Assembly: GCA_038087875.1 (NCBI GenBank) | Contig: JAXLNO010000440.1 | Span: forward strand, 62,001 to 90,026 | DNA length: 28,026 nucleotides | Source of the DNA: Malacoraja senta | Lineage: Eukaryota | Direction: 5' to 3' | Shown here: in pieces, positions 9,470-21,071 of the stretch | Layout of the letters: each line of letters begins with the position of its first letter | How positions within the stretch are numbered: position 1 is the stretch's first letter | The notes under the pieces: generated by a model | Seen by the model: only the letters and a program-made list of their open reading frames with translations | What the model was told of the DNA's origin: nothing | Databases searched by the model: none | Program-made: the position numbers and the translations under genes

Positions 9470-11000
9470 TCATGGTCCTCAGATGGAGCAGCAGGACACC
9501 AGACACCTGTGGCAGGGGCTATGGCCTGTAACCAACTACCCCCTCAACCGGAAGTGCCGTCACCTCCCTAGCTGATGACCTGAGCTCCTTCTACGCTCGT
9601 TTCGAGTCGGGCAACATCACCCCAGGTTTGCCGACTATCGACATACCGCCAGCGTGCTGGCTAACGAAGCTGAAGGGAGGAATGTGCACACATTCTTGTT
9701 GTCCGAGCACGATGTGAGGAGGGCTCTGACACGTGTGAACACAAGGAAAGCTGTAGGCCCAGATGGCATCTCGGGGCAAGTACTTAAGTCTTGTGCTACG
9801 CAGCTAGCTCCGGTGCTCACTACAATATTCAACCTCTCCCTGGACAAGTCCGTGGTCCCTGCCTGTTTCAAAAGATCCATCATTGTACCGGTACCTAAAA
9901 ATGCCTCCTCGGCCTGTCTGAATGACTACCGTCCGGTGGCACTCACCTCGGTAGTCATGAAATGCTTTGAGAGGCTAGTCCAGAAACACATCTGCGCCTT
10001 CCTCCCTCACATGGACCCGTTACATTTCGCATACTGTCCGAACAGATCCACGGACGATGCGGTCTCCCAGGTTCGGCACACCGCTCTCTCTCACCTTGAC
10101 AGCAGAAGGGGGCTATGTGAAGATGCTGTTCAGAGACTTCAGTTCAGCCTTCAACACGATAGTCCCCACCAGATTAGCCGAGAAGCTGCTGGAATTAGGG
10201 CTCAACACCCCCCTGTGTGCCTGGGTCCTGGACTTTCTCACCACCAGGCCCCAGGTAGTCAGATGGGAGGCAATACATCGAAGTCCCTCATCCTTAGCAC
10301 AGGATCCCCCCAGGGTTACGTCCTCAGCCCCCTACTGTACTCCCTGTACACACATGACTGTGTGGCTAGGTTCAGCTCCAACTCGATAATCAAGTTTGCT
10401 GATGACACTGTGGTGGTGGGCCAGATCACTGAAAATAACGAGGAGGCCTACCGGGAAGAGGTGGCTGATCTGGCACTGGTGTCAGGACAACAGCCTCTTC
10501 TTGAATATCAAAAAACTAAGGAGCTGATCGTGGACTTTAGGAGGGCACATCATCCGAGGACATACACACCATTGAGGATAAATGGGGACACTGTGGATAG
10601 AGTGAGCTGTTTTAAATACCTGGGAGTCCACATCTCTGAGGATATGACATGGACATCACACGCTGCAGCACTGGTGAGTAAGGCAAGGCAGCGCCTTTAC
10701 CACCTCAGGCAATTGAGGAAATTCAGAGTGTCTCTGAGGATCCTCCAGTGCTTCTACTCAGCGGCTGTGGAAAGCATCTTGTCCGGAAATATCACGATTG
10801 GTTTGGGAACTGCTCTGCCCAGGACAAGAAGGCTCTGCAGAGAGTAGTGCGTTCGGCCGAACGCACTATGGGAACTACACTCGCCCCCCTGCAGGAACTA
10901 TGCATCAGGAGGTTCAACTCAGAGCCAACAAGATCATGGGAGACCCCTTCCACCCCTGCAACGGACTGTTCCAGCTGCTACGGTCAGGCAAACGCCTCCA
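9470..11000 (+). mobile_element. Rex1/Babar-clade LINE RT, truncated and frameshifted
   Basis: GPDGI, LNDYRPVALTSVVMKCFERLV, YVKMLF.DFSSAFNTI, GSPQGYVLSPLLYSLYTHDC, KFADDT, KTKELIVDFRR, FKYLGVHIS, ARQRLYHLRQL. Confidence 0.92.
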
Positions 11001-11388
11001 TATAACCATATAACAATTACAGCATGGAATCAGGCCATTTCGGCCCTTCTAGTCTGTGCCGAACACATATTCTCCCTAGTCCCATCTACCTGCACTCAGA
11101 CCATAACCCTCCATTCCTTTCCCGTCCATATACCTATCCAATTTATTTTTAAATGATAAAATCGAACCTGAACCCACAATTTCCACTGGGAGCTCATTCC
11201 ACACAGCTACCACTCTCTGAGTAAAGAAGTTCGCCCTCATGTTACCCCTAAACTTCTGTCCCTTTATTCTCAAATCATGTCCTCTTGTTTGAATCTTCCC
11301 TACTACTCTCAATGGAAAAAGCTTATCGACGTCAACTCTGTCTAACCCTCTCATCATTTAAAAGACCTCTATCAAGTCCCCCCTTAAC
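10999..11388 (-). mobile_element. CR1 3' end (second subfamily) with (GTTATATG)n tail
   Basis: ORF 11076-11357 gives the CR1 C-terminus; CATATAAC x2 at the end; GGCC..CGGCCC tail hairpin. Confidence 0.9.
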
Positions 11389-11394
11389 AAAAAA

Positions 11395-11510
11395 CCTAGA
11401 AAACAGGTGCAGGAGTAGGCCATTCGGCCCTTCGAGCCTGTACCGCCATTCAATATGATCATGGCTGATCATCCAGCTCAGTATCCTGTACCCGCCTTCA
11501 TATCCCCTGA
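11395..11510 (-). mobile_element. CR1 3'UTR fragment
   Basis: Matches 17229-17346. Confidence 0.85.
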
Positions 11511-12297
11511 TATAATGTGGATAAATGTGAGGTTATTCACTTTGGTGGCAAAACAGGAAAGTAGAATATTATCTGAATGGTGGCCGATTAGGAAAAGGAG
11601 AGATGCAACGAGACCTGGGTGTCATGGTACACCAGTCATTGAAAGTAGGCATGGAGGTGCAGCAGGCAGCGAAGAAAGGGAATGGTATGTTAGCATTCAT
11701 AGCAAAAGGATTTTAGTATAAGAGCAGGGAGGTTCTACTGCAGTGTACAGGGTCTTGGTGAGACCACACCTGGACTATTGCGTACAGTTTTAGTCTCCTA
11801 ATCTAAGGAAAGACATTCTTGCCATAGAGGGAGTACAGAGAAGGTTCACCAGACTGATTCCTGGGATGGCAGGACTTTCATATGAAGAACGACTGGATAG
11901 ACTCGGCTTGTACTCGCTAGAATTTAGAAGATTGAGGGGGATCTTATAGAAACTTACAAAATCTTCAGGGGTTGGACAGGCTAGATGCAGAAGATTGTTC
12001 CCGATGTTGGGGAAGTCCAGAACAAGGGGTCACAGTTTAAGGATAAGGGGGAAGTCTTTTAGGACCGAGATGAGAAAATCATTTTTCACACAGAGAGTGG
12101 TGAATCTGTGGAATTCTCTGCCACAGAAGGTAGTTGAGGCCAGTTCATTGGCTATATTTAAGAGGGAGTTAGATGTGGCCCTTGTGGCTAAAGGGATCAG
12201 GGGGTATGGAGAGAAGGCAGGTACAGGATACTGAGTTGGGTGATCAGCCATGATCATATTGAATGGCGGTGGCAGGTTTTCTATGTTTCTAATGTAT
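11511..12297 (+). mobile_element. 5'-truncated CR1 with (TCTATGTT) tail; the 3' hairpin is deleted
   Basis: [37 protein letters not shown]; lacks the GCTCGAAGGGCCGAATGGCC segment present in sister copies. Confidence 0.92.
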
Positions 12298-12299
12298 TT

Positions 12300-12320
12300 C
12301 TCGCTCGCTCTCTCTCTCTG

Positions 12321-12352
<32 letters not shown>

Positions 12353-12617
12353 GCTCATTCTCTCTCTGTCTCCCTGTTTATCTCTCTCTCTCTTTCTCTC
12401 GGTCTCTCTCTCTTTTTCTCTTTGTCTCTCTCTCTTTGTCTCTCTCTTTGTCTCTCTCATTCTCTCTCTCCTCTCTCTCTCCCTGTCTCTCTCATTGTCT
12501 CTCTCTCTGTGCCTCTCCCTCCCTGTCTCTCTCTCTCTCTCGGTCTCTCTCAGTCTGTCTCTCTCTGTGTCTCCCGCTGTCTCTCTCTCTCACTCTCTCT
12601 CTCTCCCACTCTCTCTG
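12300..12617. repeat. CT-rich microsatellite
   Basis: (CT)n with CTGT interruptions. Confidence 0.95.
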
Positions 12618-12619
12618 GG

Positions 12620-12822
12620 ACAGAGGATTTGGGTGAACATAGACCCATTCCTGCCAACCATGGGCCTAACTGCAGATAGATACATAACTTACTCAACACA
12701 TAGGACAGGGAAGAGAAATGATCTGCAAATAGAAACACCATTGGCCAGGACAGATATTTATAACGACTCGTTCTCTGTAAGAACCACAATGGAATGGAAT
12801 AAATGAGACAACAATATCGTCT
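12620..12822 (+). mobile_element. Divergent CR1/L2-group LINE ORF2 C-terminal fragment
   Basis: ARTDIYNDSFSVRTTMEWNK resembles the RT(D)xYKxSFFPRTIxxWNxL terminal motif of CR1/L2-group LINEs. Confidence 0.55.
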
Positions 12823-12825
12823 AAA

Positions 12826-13026
12826 TGTTTAAGAAGGAACTGCAGATGCTGGAAAATCGAAGGTAGACATAAAATGCTGGAGTAACTCAGCGGGTGAGGC
12901 AGCATCTATGGAGCGAAGGAATAGTTGACGATTCGGGTCGAGACCCTTCTTCAGACTCAAGAACCATTTCCTTCGCTCCATAGATGCTGCTTCACACGCT
13001 GAGTTTCTCCAGAATTTTTGTCTACC
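12826..13026. mobile_element. PLE pseudo-LTR-derived foldback with hammerhead motif on the minus strand
   Basis: Arms 12862-12921 and 12968-13026 are inverted. The minus strand at 12927-12954 reads CTGAAGAAGGGTCTCGACCCGAATCGTC. Confidence 0.85.
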
Positions 13027-13053
13027 TGCAATAGAGTCAAATCACCTTCACTG

Positions 13054-13953
13054 GACAATTGACAACAGGTGCAGGAGGAGGCCATTCGGCCCTTCGAGCC
13101 AGCACCACCATTCAATGTGATCATGGCTGATCATCCCCAATCAGTACCCTGTTCCTGCCTTCTCCCCATATCCCCTGACTCCGCCATCTTTAAGAGCCCT
13201 ATCTAGCTCGCTCTTGAAAAAACATCCAGAGAACCTGCCTCCACCGCCCTCTCAGGCAGAGAATTCCACACTCACAACTCTCTGTGAGAAAAAGTGTCTC
13301 CTCGTCTCCGTTCTATATGGCTGACCCCTTATTCTTAAACTGTGTGTCCCTGGTTCTGGACTCCTCCCAAAATCGGGAACATGTTTCCTGCCTCTAGCGT
13401 TTCCAAACCTTTAATAATCTTATATGTTTCAATAAGATTCCCTCTCATCCCTCTAAACTCCAGAGTATACAAGCCCAGCCGCTCCATTCTCTCAGCATAT
13501 GACAGCCCCGCCATCCCGGGAATTAACCTGGTGAACCTACGCTGGGCTCCCTCAATAGCAAGAATGTCCTTCCTCAAATTAGGGGACCAAAACTGCACAC
13601 AAATACTCCAGGTGTGGTCTCACCAGCGCCCTGTACAACTGCAGAAGGACCTCTTGCTCCTATACTCAACTCCTCTTGTTATGAAGGCCAACAGGCCAAA
13701 ACTGCACACAATACTCCTGGTGTGGTCTCACTAGGGCCCTGTACAACTGCAGAAGGACCTCTTTGCTCCTATACTCAACTCCTCTTGTTATGAAGGCCAA
13801 CAGGCCAAAACTGCAAACAGTACTCCAGGTGTGGTCTCACCAGGGCCTGTACAACTGCAGAAGGACCTCTTTGCTCCTATACTCAACTCCTCTTGTTATG
13901 AAGGCCAACAGGCCAAAACTGCACACAATACTCCAGGTGGGGTCTCACTAGGG
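13054..13953 (-). mobile_element. CR1 3' part (third subfamily) ending in an internal tandem array
   Basis: ORF 13335-13598 QFWSPNLRKDILAIEGAQRRFTRLIPGM; tail hairpin at about 13070-13100. Confidence 0.9.
13587..13953. repeat. ~109-bp tandem repeat (about 3.4 copies) derived from CR1 ORF2
   Basis: Units start at 13587, 13696, 13805 and 13913 (CCAAAACTGCA...GAAGGCCAACAGG). Confidence 0.92.
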
Positions 13954-13999
13954 ATGGAGGGAGAGGGAGAGAGAGAGGGGCAGAGAGGGAGGGGAGATA

Positions 14000-14045
<46 letters not shown>

Positions 14046-14258
14046 GGAGAGAGAGAGAGAGAGGGGGAGAGAGAGAGAGAGGGGGGAGAGAGAGAGAGGG
14101 AGAGGAAGAGGGGGAGAGAGAGGCAGAGAGGTGGAGATAGAGGGGGAGAGAGGGAGGGGGAGAGAGACGCAGAGAGGGGGAGAGGGGGTAGAGAGAGGCA
14201 GAGAGGGGGAGAGAGAGTGGGGAGAGAGGGAGGGGGAGGGGGGAATGAGGGGGAGAGA
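13954..14258. repeat. GA-rich microsatellite
   Basis: (GA)n/(GGA)n. Confidence 0.95.
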
Positions 14259-14541
14259 GTCAAGTCACATTTAATTTATATAGCACATTTTAAAACAACT
14301 CTCGTTGGCCAAAGTGCTTTACATTTGTTATAAGAATAGCACAAACAAAACAAACTACATACATATATACATGTAGCCCTCACGCAGAGGACGTCAGGAA
14401 AGGCTTGGGAGTATAGGTAAGTTTTTAGTCTTGACTTAAAAGAGTCGATGGAGGGGGCAGTTCTGATGGAAGGGGGATGATTGTTCCACAGTCTAGGGCT
14501 GCAACCGCAAAGGCCCGGTTGCTCCTGAGCTTATGCCTAGG
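14259..14541 (-). mobile_element. L2 LINE 3' end
   Basis: Minus strand PRHKLRSNRAFAVAA..LWN..IRTAPSIDSFKSRLKTYLYSQAF, then TGTAAAGCACTTTGG..AAAATGTGCTATATAAAT..TGACTTGAC tail. Confidence 0.88.
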
Positions 14542-15025
14542 GCAGAGAGAGGGGGAGAGAGAGGGGGAGAGAAAGGGGGTGAGAGAGGGGGTGAGAGAGG
14601 GGGGGAGAGAGGGGAGATAGGTCAGCCATGGTTGCAAGCCGGAGTGGACTCGGTAAGTTGGCGATATGCAGAGAACTGCCTTGCTGACTACAAATTCTGA
14701 AAGGTCAATGCAGACAATGCCAAGTGAGGTCTAGCATGAGTGAAATGGGCCGAAGGGCCTTTTCAGGACGCTCCGGGCTCCCCGCATCCACCCCGTTGTC
14801 CCGCAAGGTCGGTTTCGTGACTTGGGGGAGTTTTTGGGGCAAATGGTTTGGAAATCAGTCAGAAATCGGCCTGCAGGGCCACATTAAGTGTGGATTTAGT
14901 GTGAGTTATAAAGTGTGGGAAAGCGTCTGCCAGCGCTTGTGCATGCTCCCGCTGCTGCATTAAAGGGAATGCATGCATCACTGGCTGCTTGCTGCCTCCC
15001 CCGTTGCATTGCAGCGATTTTATAT

Positions 15026-15150
15026 CTTTACCTGTTCGTCACAGAAGCATTCCGATGCGCTTCCGGCGGAAGGGGGGACGCTTTAGAGCGTTGCACCGGG
15101 GCTGGCAAAGCGGGACGGCGGGTCTCAGGCCTCCGGATAGAGGGCGAAAC
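15026..15150 (-). promoter_or_regulatory. Candidate ZNF first exon/TSS region: splice donor plus ETS sites in CpG-rich DNA
   Basis: Minus strand GAACAG|GTAAAG (intron starting at 15031); CCGGAAG and CGGAAG motifs at 15060-15072; high CpG density over about 14740-15200. Confidence 0.35.
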
Positions 15151-15199
15151 GCCGAATGTTGGTTCCGGGGTGGTTTTCGTTGTTTTGTTGGTGCATTGA

Positions 15200-15740
15200 G
15201 GGTGGGGTGGAGAGAGGGAGGGGGAGAAGGAGGGAGGGAGAGAGGGAGGGAGGGAGAGAGAGTGGGGAGAGAGGGAGGGAATGAGTGTGAGAGAAAGTTT
15301 GTGAGAGTTTTCAGAAACCTTTGAGAAACATTTGAGAAAGTTTTGAAGGGAGAGAGCGAGAGAGAGAGAGGGAGAGAGAGAGGGATTGGAGGAGAGGGAA
15401 GAGGGAAGAGAGGGATGAGGGAGAGAGGGAGGGAATGAGTGAGAGAAAGTTTGGGAAAGTTTTGTGAACGTTTTGAGGAGGGAGAGGGGGAGAGGGGAAG
15501 AGGGAGGGAGAGGGATAGGAGGGATGAGGGAGAGAGGGAGGGAATGAGTGAGAGAAAGTTTGGGCAAGTTTTGTGAACGTTTTGAGGAGGGAGAGGGGGA
15601 GAGGGGAAGAGGGGGGGAGAGGGGAAGAGGGAGAGAGGGAGGGAGGGAGAGAGGGAGAGGGAGAGAAGGGAGGAGAGGAAGAGAGGGAAGAGAGGGAGAG
15701 AGGGAAGAGAGGGAGACGAGGGAGAGAGGGAGAGAGAAGT
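15200..15740. repeat. GA-rich low-complexity array with an embedded ~110-bp repeat
   Basis: GGGAATGAGTG(T)GAGAGAAAGTTTG recurs near 15277, 15432 and 15541; AAGTTTTGTGAACGTTTTGAGGAG occurs twice. Confidence 0.85.
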
Positions 15741-15762
15741 ATTCACCTCTCCCTCCCTCTCT

Positions 15763-15905
15763 GGGCGTCACGGTGACCCAGTGGTAGAGTTGCCGCCTCA
15801 CGGCGCCAGAGACCCCGACCACGGGCGCTGTCTGTACGGAGTTTGCACGTTCTCTCTCTCCTTGACCTGCGTGGGTTTTCTCCGGGCTCTCCGGTTTCCT
15901 CCCAC
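15763..15905 (+). mobile_element. tRNA-derived V-SINE (HE1-like), 5' half
   Basis: A-box-like GGTGACCCAGTGG; V-domain GGAGTTTGCACGTTCTC..GCGTGGGTTTTCTCCGGG..TCCGGTTTCCTCCCAC; the B-box region is deleted. Confidence 0.85.
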
Positions 15906-15988
15906 CAGGGCCGGATTTACGTATGAGCCAGACAAGCTTAAGTTTAGGGCCTCGAGATCTAGGGGGGCCTCGGCCCGCTCCACCAAGG
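15906..15988. mobile_element. hAT-like transposon terminus
   Basis: Begins CAGGGCCGGATTT exactly where the SINE stops; GGGCCTC subterminal repeats; no partner TIR found. Confidence 0.5.
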
Positions 15989-16763
15989 CGGGGGCGGAAA
16001 ACCCGAGGGGGGGGGCCAGAGGGGACATGTCCCCTCCATGTTTTCAGAGGTGGGGACATCCCCCCCAAGTTTTTGTAATCCGTATTTCAAAACCCGGTGA
16101 AATCTCCGCTTTCCGCGAGACAGTGGGGGTGGGACTGCTGATCGAGGGAGGGGGCCGATTGGACGAGGGAGACGTGGGTCAGCAGGCAATGGGGGCGGGA
16201 CATGATAATTCAGCGCGATGATTGGAGGAGGGAGGGGGTGGGACTGAGGATAGAGTGCGGTGATTGGAGGAGGGAGACGTGGCATAGACCTGCGCTTCAT
16301 CCGCAGGCAGGATCGATCCCGGCCGGGTCTCCAGCGCTGTCCCGTCCCCACCCGAGTACCGCCCCCCCCCACCCCGCGGGTGGCCAGAGAGGTCGGCAGC
16401 AGAGATCCTCCGCTATAGGATCTTTGGTCGATAGTCAGAAGGGCGCGGTGCCCCCAGGCCCACATCCAGCGCAGAGAAGCAGCGCTAAACCCAGCTCACT
16501 CTGCCTGTCTCACCAGGTGAGCCTGTCGCCTGCCTGGGCTTGCGGGAAATATGGCCAGCGCGGAGAAGCAGCGCTGGTATCCTGTCAGTCCAGACAGGGC
16601 TGTAGTTAACCCGGTGAGACAGGCAGAGTTGAGCTGCATTTAGCGCTGGATTGAGCCTCCGAAGCCTTGCGCGCGTGTGTGTGATTGTGCGCATGCGCGC
16701 GTGGCCGCCCAAAAAAAGTGTGGTCCCGTCCCCTCCATGTTTTGATAGCGAGTTCTGCCCTTG
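15989..16763. mobile_element. Non-autonomous hAT DNA transposon (775 bp)
   Basis: Perfect 8-bp TSD CACCAAGG (15981-15988, 16764-16771); imperfect TIRs CGGGGGCGGAA / TTCTGCCCTTG; subterminal repeat GTCCCCTCCATGTTTT at 16029 and 16728. Confidence 0.85.
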
Positions 16764-17215
16764 CACCAAGGTGTACAAAACTTTTGACATAGTGGCGTTC
16801 TTACAAACCCTACCATCGGTGGCATTGTGCTTGCGATTCCGGGGGCTTTGGTGTTGTTGGGGGGGGAGAGATTAATATGCAGGTGAGGTTAATATTCGTT
16901 GTGGAGAGGACCTCCTACTGTTTGCCCGCCGACCCTGGCCACTCCACTGCCCTACAGCAGCCCGCAGTCGTTGCCTCACCTGCAGCCTGGACTCAGCACC
17001 GGGCCTGAAGACTCCACGCTGCAGACTCCAACTCCCCTGGGTTTGACTGAGCTGGGTCCTAGTACTAGTCATCCAACCCTGGTAACCTCATTGGTTGTTC
17101 CACTGGGTCTACCCCATCCCCCTCAAACCATGTGACCCCAGCTCTTCCACACCCACACTACAGTCCTCATACCCCCCTACCCCCTGACCACCCACCACCG
17201 CCCCCCCCACCAGAT

Positions 17216-17970
17216 ATCATAGAAACATAGAAAATAGGTGCAGGAGTAGGCCATTCGGCCCTTCGAGCCTGCACCGCCATTCAATATGATCATGGCTGAT
17301 CATCCAACTCAGTATCCCGTACCTGCCGTCTCTCCATACCCCCTGATCCCTTTAGCCACAAGGGCCACATCTAACTCTCTCTTAAATATAGCCAATGAAC
17401 TGGCCTCAACTACCTTCTGTGGCAGAGAATTCCAGAGATTCACCACTCTCTGTGTGAAAAATGTTTTTCTCATCTCGGTCCTAAAAGATTTCCCCCTTAT
17501 CCTTAAACTGTGACCCCTTGTTCTGGACTTCCCCAACATCGTGAACAATCTTCCTGCATCTAGCCTGTCCAACGCCTTAAGAATTTTGTAAGTTTCTATA
17601 AGATTCCCCCTCAATCTTCTAGATTCTAGCGAGTCCAAGCCGAGTCTATCCAGTCTTTCTTCCTATGAAAGTCGTGACATCCCAGGAATCAGTCTGGTGA
17701 ACCTTCTCTGTACTCCCGCTATGGCAAGAATGTCTTTCCTCATATTAGGAGACCAAAACTGCACGCAATACTCCAGCTGTGGTCTCACCAAGACCCTGTA
17801 CAACTGCAGTAGAACCTCCCTGCACCTATACTCAAATCCTTTTGCTATGAATGCTAACATACCATTTGATTTCTTCGCTGCCTGCTGCACCTGCATGCCT
17901 ACTTTCAATGACTGGTGTACCATGACACCCAGGTCTCGTTGCATCTCCCCTTTTCCTAATCGGCCACCAT
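17216..17970 (-). mobile_element. 5'-truncated CR1 with tail repeat
   Basis: ORFs 17309-17638 and 17663-17944; CATAGAAACATAGAAA tail. Confidence 0.93.
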
Positions 17971-18137
17971 CGCCTCAGTCCACTCACCTGCCTTCCTCCG
18001 GCCCCAACCCCCATCCCTGTCATGTGTTCACCATCCCCCCCGACCTCCCTCTCTCAGATACCGAACGGTCTGTCGTCAGCAGAGGCCTCACCTTTGTCCC
18101 CCTCCGTCCCCACTTCAATGAGTTCCGCACCCGCCAG
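17971..18137 (+). mobile_element. Penelope-like element N-terminal fragment (C-rich 16911-17213 may be its upstream continuation)
   Basis: VFTIPPDLPLSDTERSVVSRGLTFVPLRPHFNEFR (the PLE LSxxExxVLxxGLxFxP motif). Confidence 0.85.
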
Positions 18138-18547
18138 GGTCTGTGATGTGTCTCAACGTGTCCAAGACATCATGAAAGGGCAGGGAGAGGAGCCCGAGGT
18201 CGTGATACATATAGGTACCAATGACATAGGTAAAAAAAAGAGAAGAGGTCCTGAAAGGAGAATTTAGGGAGTTAGGAGGGGAGTTCAAGAGAAGGACAGC
18301 AAAGGTAACAATCTCGGAATTACTGCCTGTGCCACGCGACAGTGAGAGTAGGAATGGAGCGAGGTGGAGGATAAATGCGTGGTTGAAGGACTGGTGCAGA
18401 AGGCAGGGATTCAAATTTCTGGATCATTGGGACCTCTTTTGTGGAAGGTTCGACCTGTACAAAAAGGATGGGTTGCACTTGAACCTGAGGGGGACCGATA
18501 TCATTGCAGGGAGATCTGCAAAGGCTACTGGGGAGACTTTAAACTAG
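18134..18547 (+). mobile_element. CR1 ORF1 SGNH/GDSL esterase domain, frameshifted
   Basis: ARVCDV, VVIHIGTND (block III), LLPVPR, WLKDWC, DGLHLN (block V). Confidence 0.9.
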
Positions 18548-21071
18548 AATGGTTGGGGGGAGGGACTCAAATAGAGAATGCTATTAGACAGTGTGTGAGG
18601 CAGGAGGCAGAGAAGGAAAGCACTCAGACCCAACATGTGGGGGGGGGAGAAGAAAACAATAATAAACAGAGAATAAGAGGTGGTGGGCTTCTTAAATGGG
18701 TGAGCAGAGAAACAGAGGGGTGTAAAATGCGGGCGGAAGCAATAGGTAGCAAGGTGAAAAGTAAAAGTGGCAGGCAGACAAATCCAGGGCAAAAAATCAA
18801 AAAGAGCCACTTTTCAACATAATTGTATAAGGGGTAAGAGCGTTGTAAAAACAAGCCTGAAGGCTTTGTGTCTCAATGCAAGGAGCATTCGTAATAAGGT
18901 GGATGAGTTGAACGTGCAGATAGCAATTAATGATTATGATATAGTTGGGATCACGGAGACATGGCTCCAGGGTGACCAAGGCTGGGAGCTGAACATCCAG
19001 GGATATTCAATATTCAGGAGGGATAGAGAGAAAGGAAAAGGAGGTGGGGTAGCGTTGCTGGTTAGAGAGGAGATTAACGCAGTGGAAAGGAAGGACATTA
19101 GCTTGGAGGATGTGGAATCGGTATGGGTAGAGCTGCGAAACACTAAGGGGCAGAAAACGCTGGTGGGTGTTGTGTACAGGCCACCTAGCAGTAGTAGTGA
19201 AGTTGGGGATGGCATCAAACAGGAAATTAGAAATGCGTGCAACAAAGGCAAAACAGTTATAATGGGTGACTTCAATCTACATATAGATTGGGTGAATCAA
19301 ATTGGCAGGGGTGCTGAGGAAGAGGATTTCTTGGAATGTATGAGGGATAGTTATCTAAACCAACATGTAGAGGAACCAACGAGAGAGCAGGCTATTCTAG
19401 ACTGGGTATTGAGTAATGAGGAAGGGTTAGTTAGCAGTCTTGTTGTGCGTGCCCCCTTGGGCAAGAGTGACCATAATATGGTTGAGTTCTTCATTAGGAT
19501 GGAGAGTGACATTGTTAATTCAGAAACAAAGGTTCTGAACTTAAAGAAAGGTAACTTTGAGGGTATGAGACGTGAATTGGCCAAGATTGACTGGCAAATA
19601 GTTCTAAAAGGGTTGACGGTGGATATGCAATGGAAGGCATTTAAAGACTGCATGGATGAACTACAAACATTGTTCATCCCAGTTTGGCAAAAGAATAAAT
19701 CAGGGAAGGTAGTGCATCCGTGGATAACAAGGGGAATCAGGGATAGTATCAAAGCAAAAGATGATGCGTACAAATTAGCCAGAAAAAGCAGCATACCAGA
19801 GGACTGGGAGAAATTCAGAGACCAGCAGAGGAGGACAAGGGGCTTAATTAGGAAAGGGAAAATAGATTATGAAAGGAAACTGGCAGGGAACATAAAAACT
19901 GACTGCAAAAGTTTTTATAGATATGTGAAGAGAAAGAGATTAGTAAACAAATGTAGGTCCCTTGCAGTCAGAAACAGGTGAATTGATCATGGGGAACAAG
20001 GATATGGCGGACCAATTGAATAAATACTTTGGTTTCGTCTTCACTAAGGAAGACATAAATAATCTGCCGGAAATAGCAGGGGGCCGCGGGTCAAAGGAGA
20101 TGGAGGAACTGAGTGAAATCCAGGTTAGTCGGGAAGTGGTGTTGGGTAAATTGAATGGATTAAAGGCCGATAAATCACCAGGGCCAGATAGGCTGCATCC
20201 CAGAGTACTTAAGGAAGTAGCTCCAGAAATAGTGGATGCATTAGTGATAATTTTTCAAAACTCTTTAGATTCTGGAGTAGTTCCTGAGGATTGGAGGGTA
20301 GCAAACGTAACCCCACTTTTTAAGAAGGGAGGGAGAGAGAAAACGGGGAATTACAGACCAGTTAGTCTAACATCGGTAGTGGGGAAACTGCTAGAGTCAG
20401 TTATTAAAGATGGGATAGCAGCACATTTGGAAAGTGGTGAAATCATTGGACAAAGTCATCATGGATTTACGAAAGGAAAATCGTGTCTGACGAATCTTAT
20501 AGAATTTTTCGAGGATGTAACTAGTAGAGTGGATAGGGGAGAACCAGTGGATGTGTTGTATCTGGACTTTCAGAAGCTTTCGACAAGGTACCACATAAGA
20601 GATTAGGATACAAACTTAAATCACACGGTATTGGGGGTTCAGTATTGATGTGCATAGAGAACTGGCTGGCAAACAGGAAGCAAAGAGTAGGAGTAAGGTC
20701 CTTTTCACAATGGCAGGCAGTGACTAGTGGGGTACCGCAAGGCTCAGTGCTGGGACCCCAGCTATTTACAATTTATATTAATGATCTGGACGAGGGAATT
20801 GAAAGCAACATCTCCAAGTTTGCGGATGACACTAAGCTGGGGGGCAGTGTTAGCTGTGAGGAGGGTGCTAGGAGACTGCAAGGTGACTTGGATAGGCTGG
20901 GTGAGTGGGCAAATGTTTGGCAGATGCAGTATAATGTGGATAAATGTGAGGTTATCCACTTTGGTGGCAAAAACGGGAAGGCAGACTATTATCTAAATGG
21001 TGGCCGATTAGGAAATGGGGAGATGCAGCGAGACCTGGGTGTCATGGTACACCAGTCATTGAAAGTAGGCA

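Noticed and set aside
13587..13953. Possible CRISPR-like array
   Set aside because: Contiguous units with no unique spacers; CR1-derived; eukaryotic context.
15763..15830. Possible tRNA gene
   Set aside because: A SINE head with the B-box/T-arm deleted; no full cloverleaf.
8152..15905. SINE halves as one element split by insertions
   Set aside because: The 3' half lies upstream of the 5' half on the same strand, which is the wrong order.
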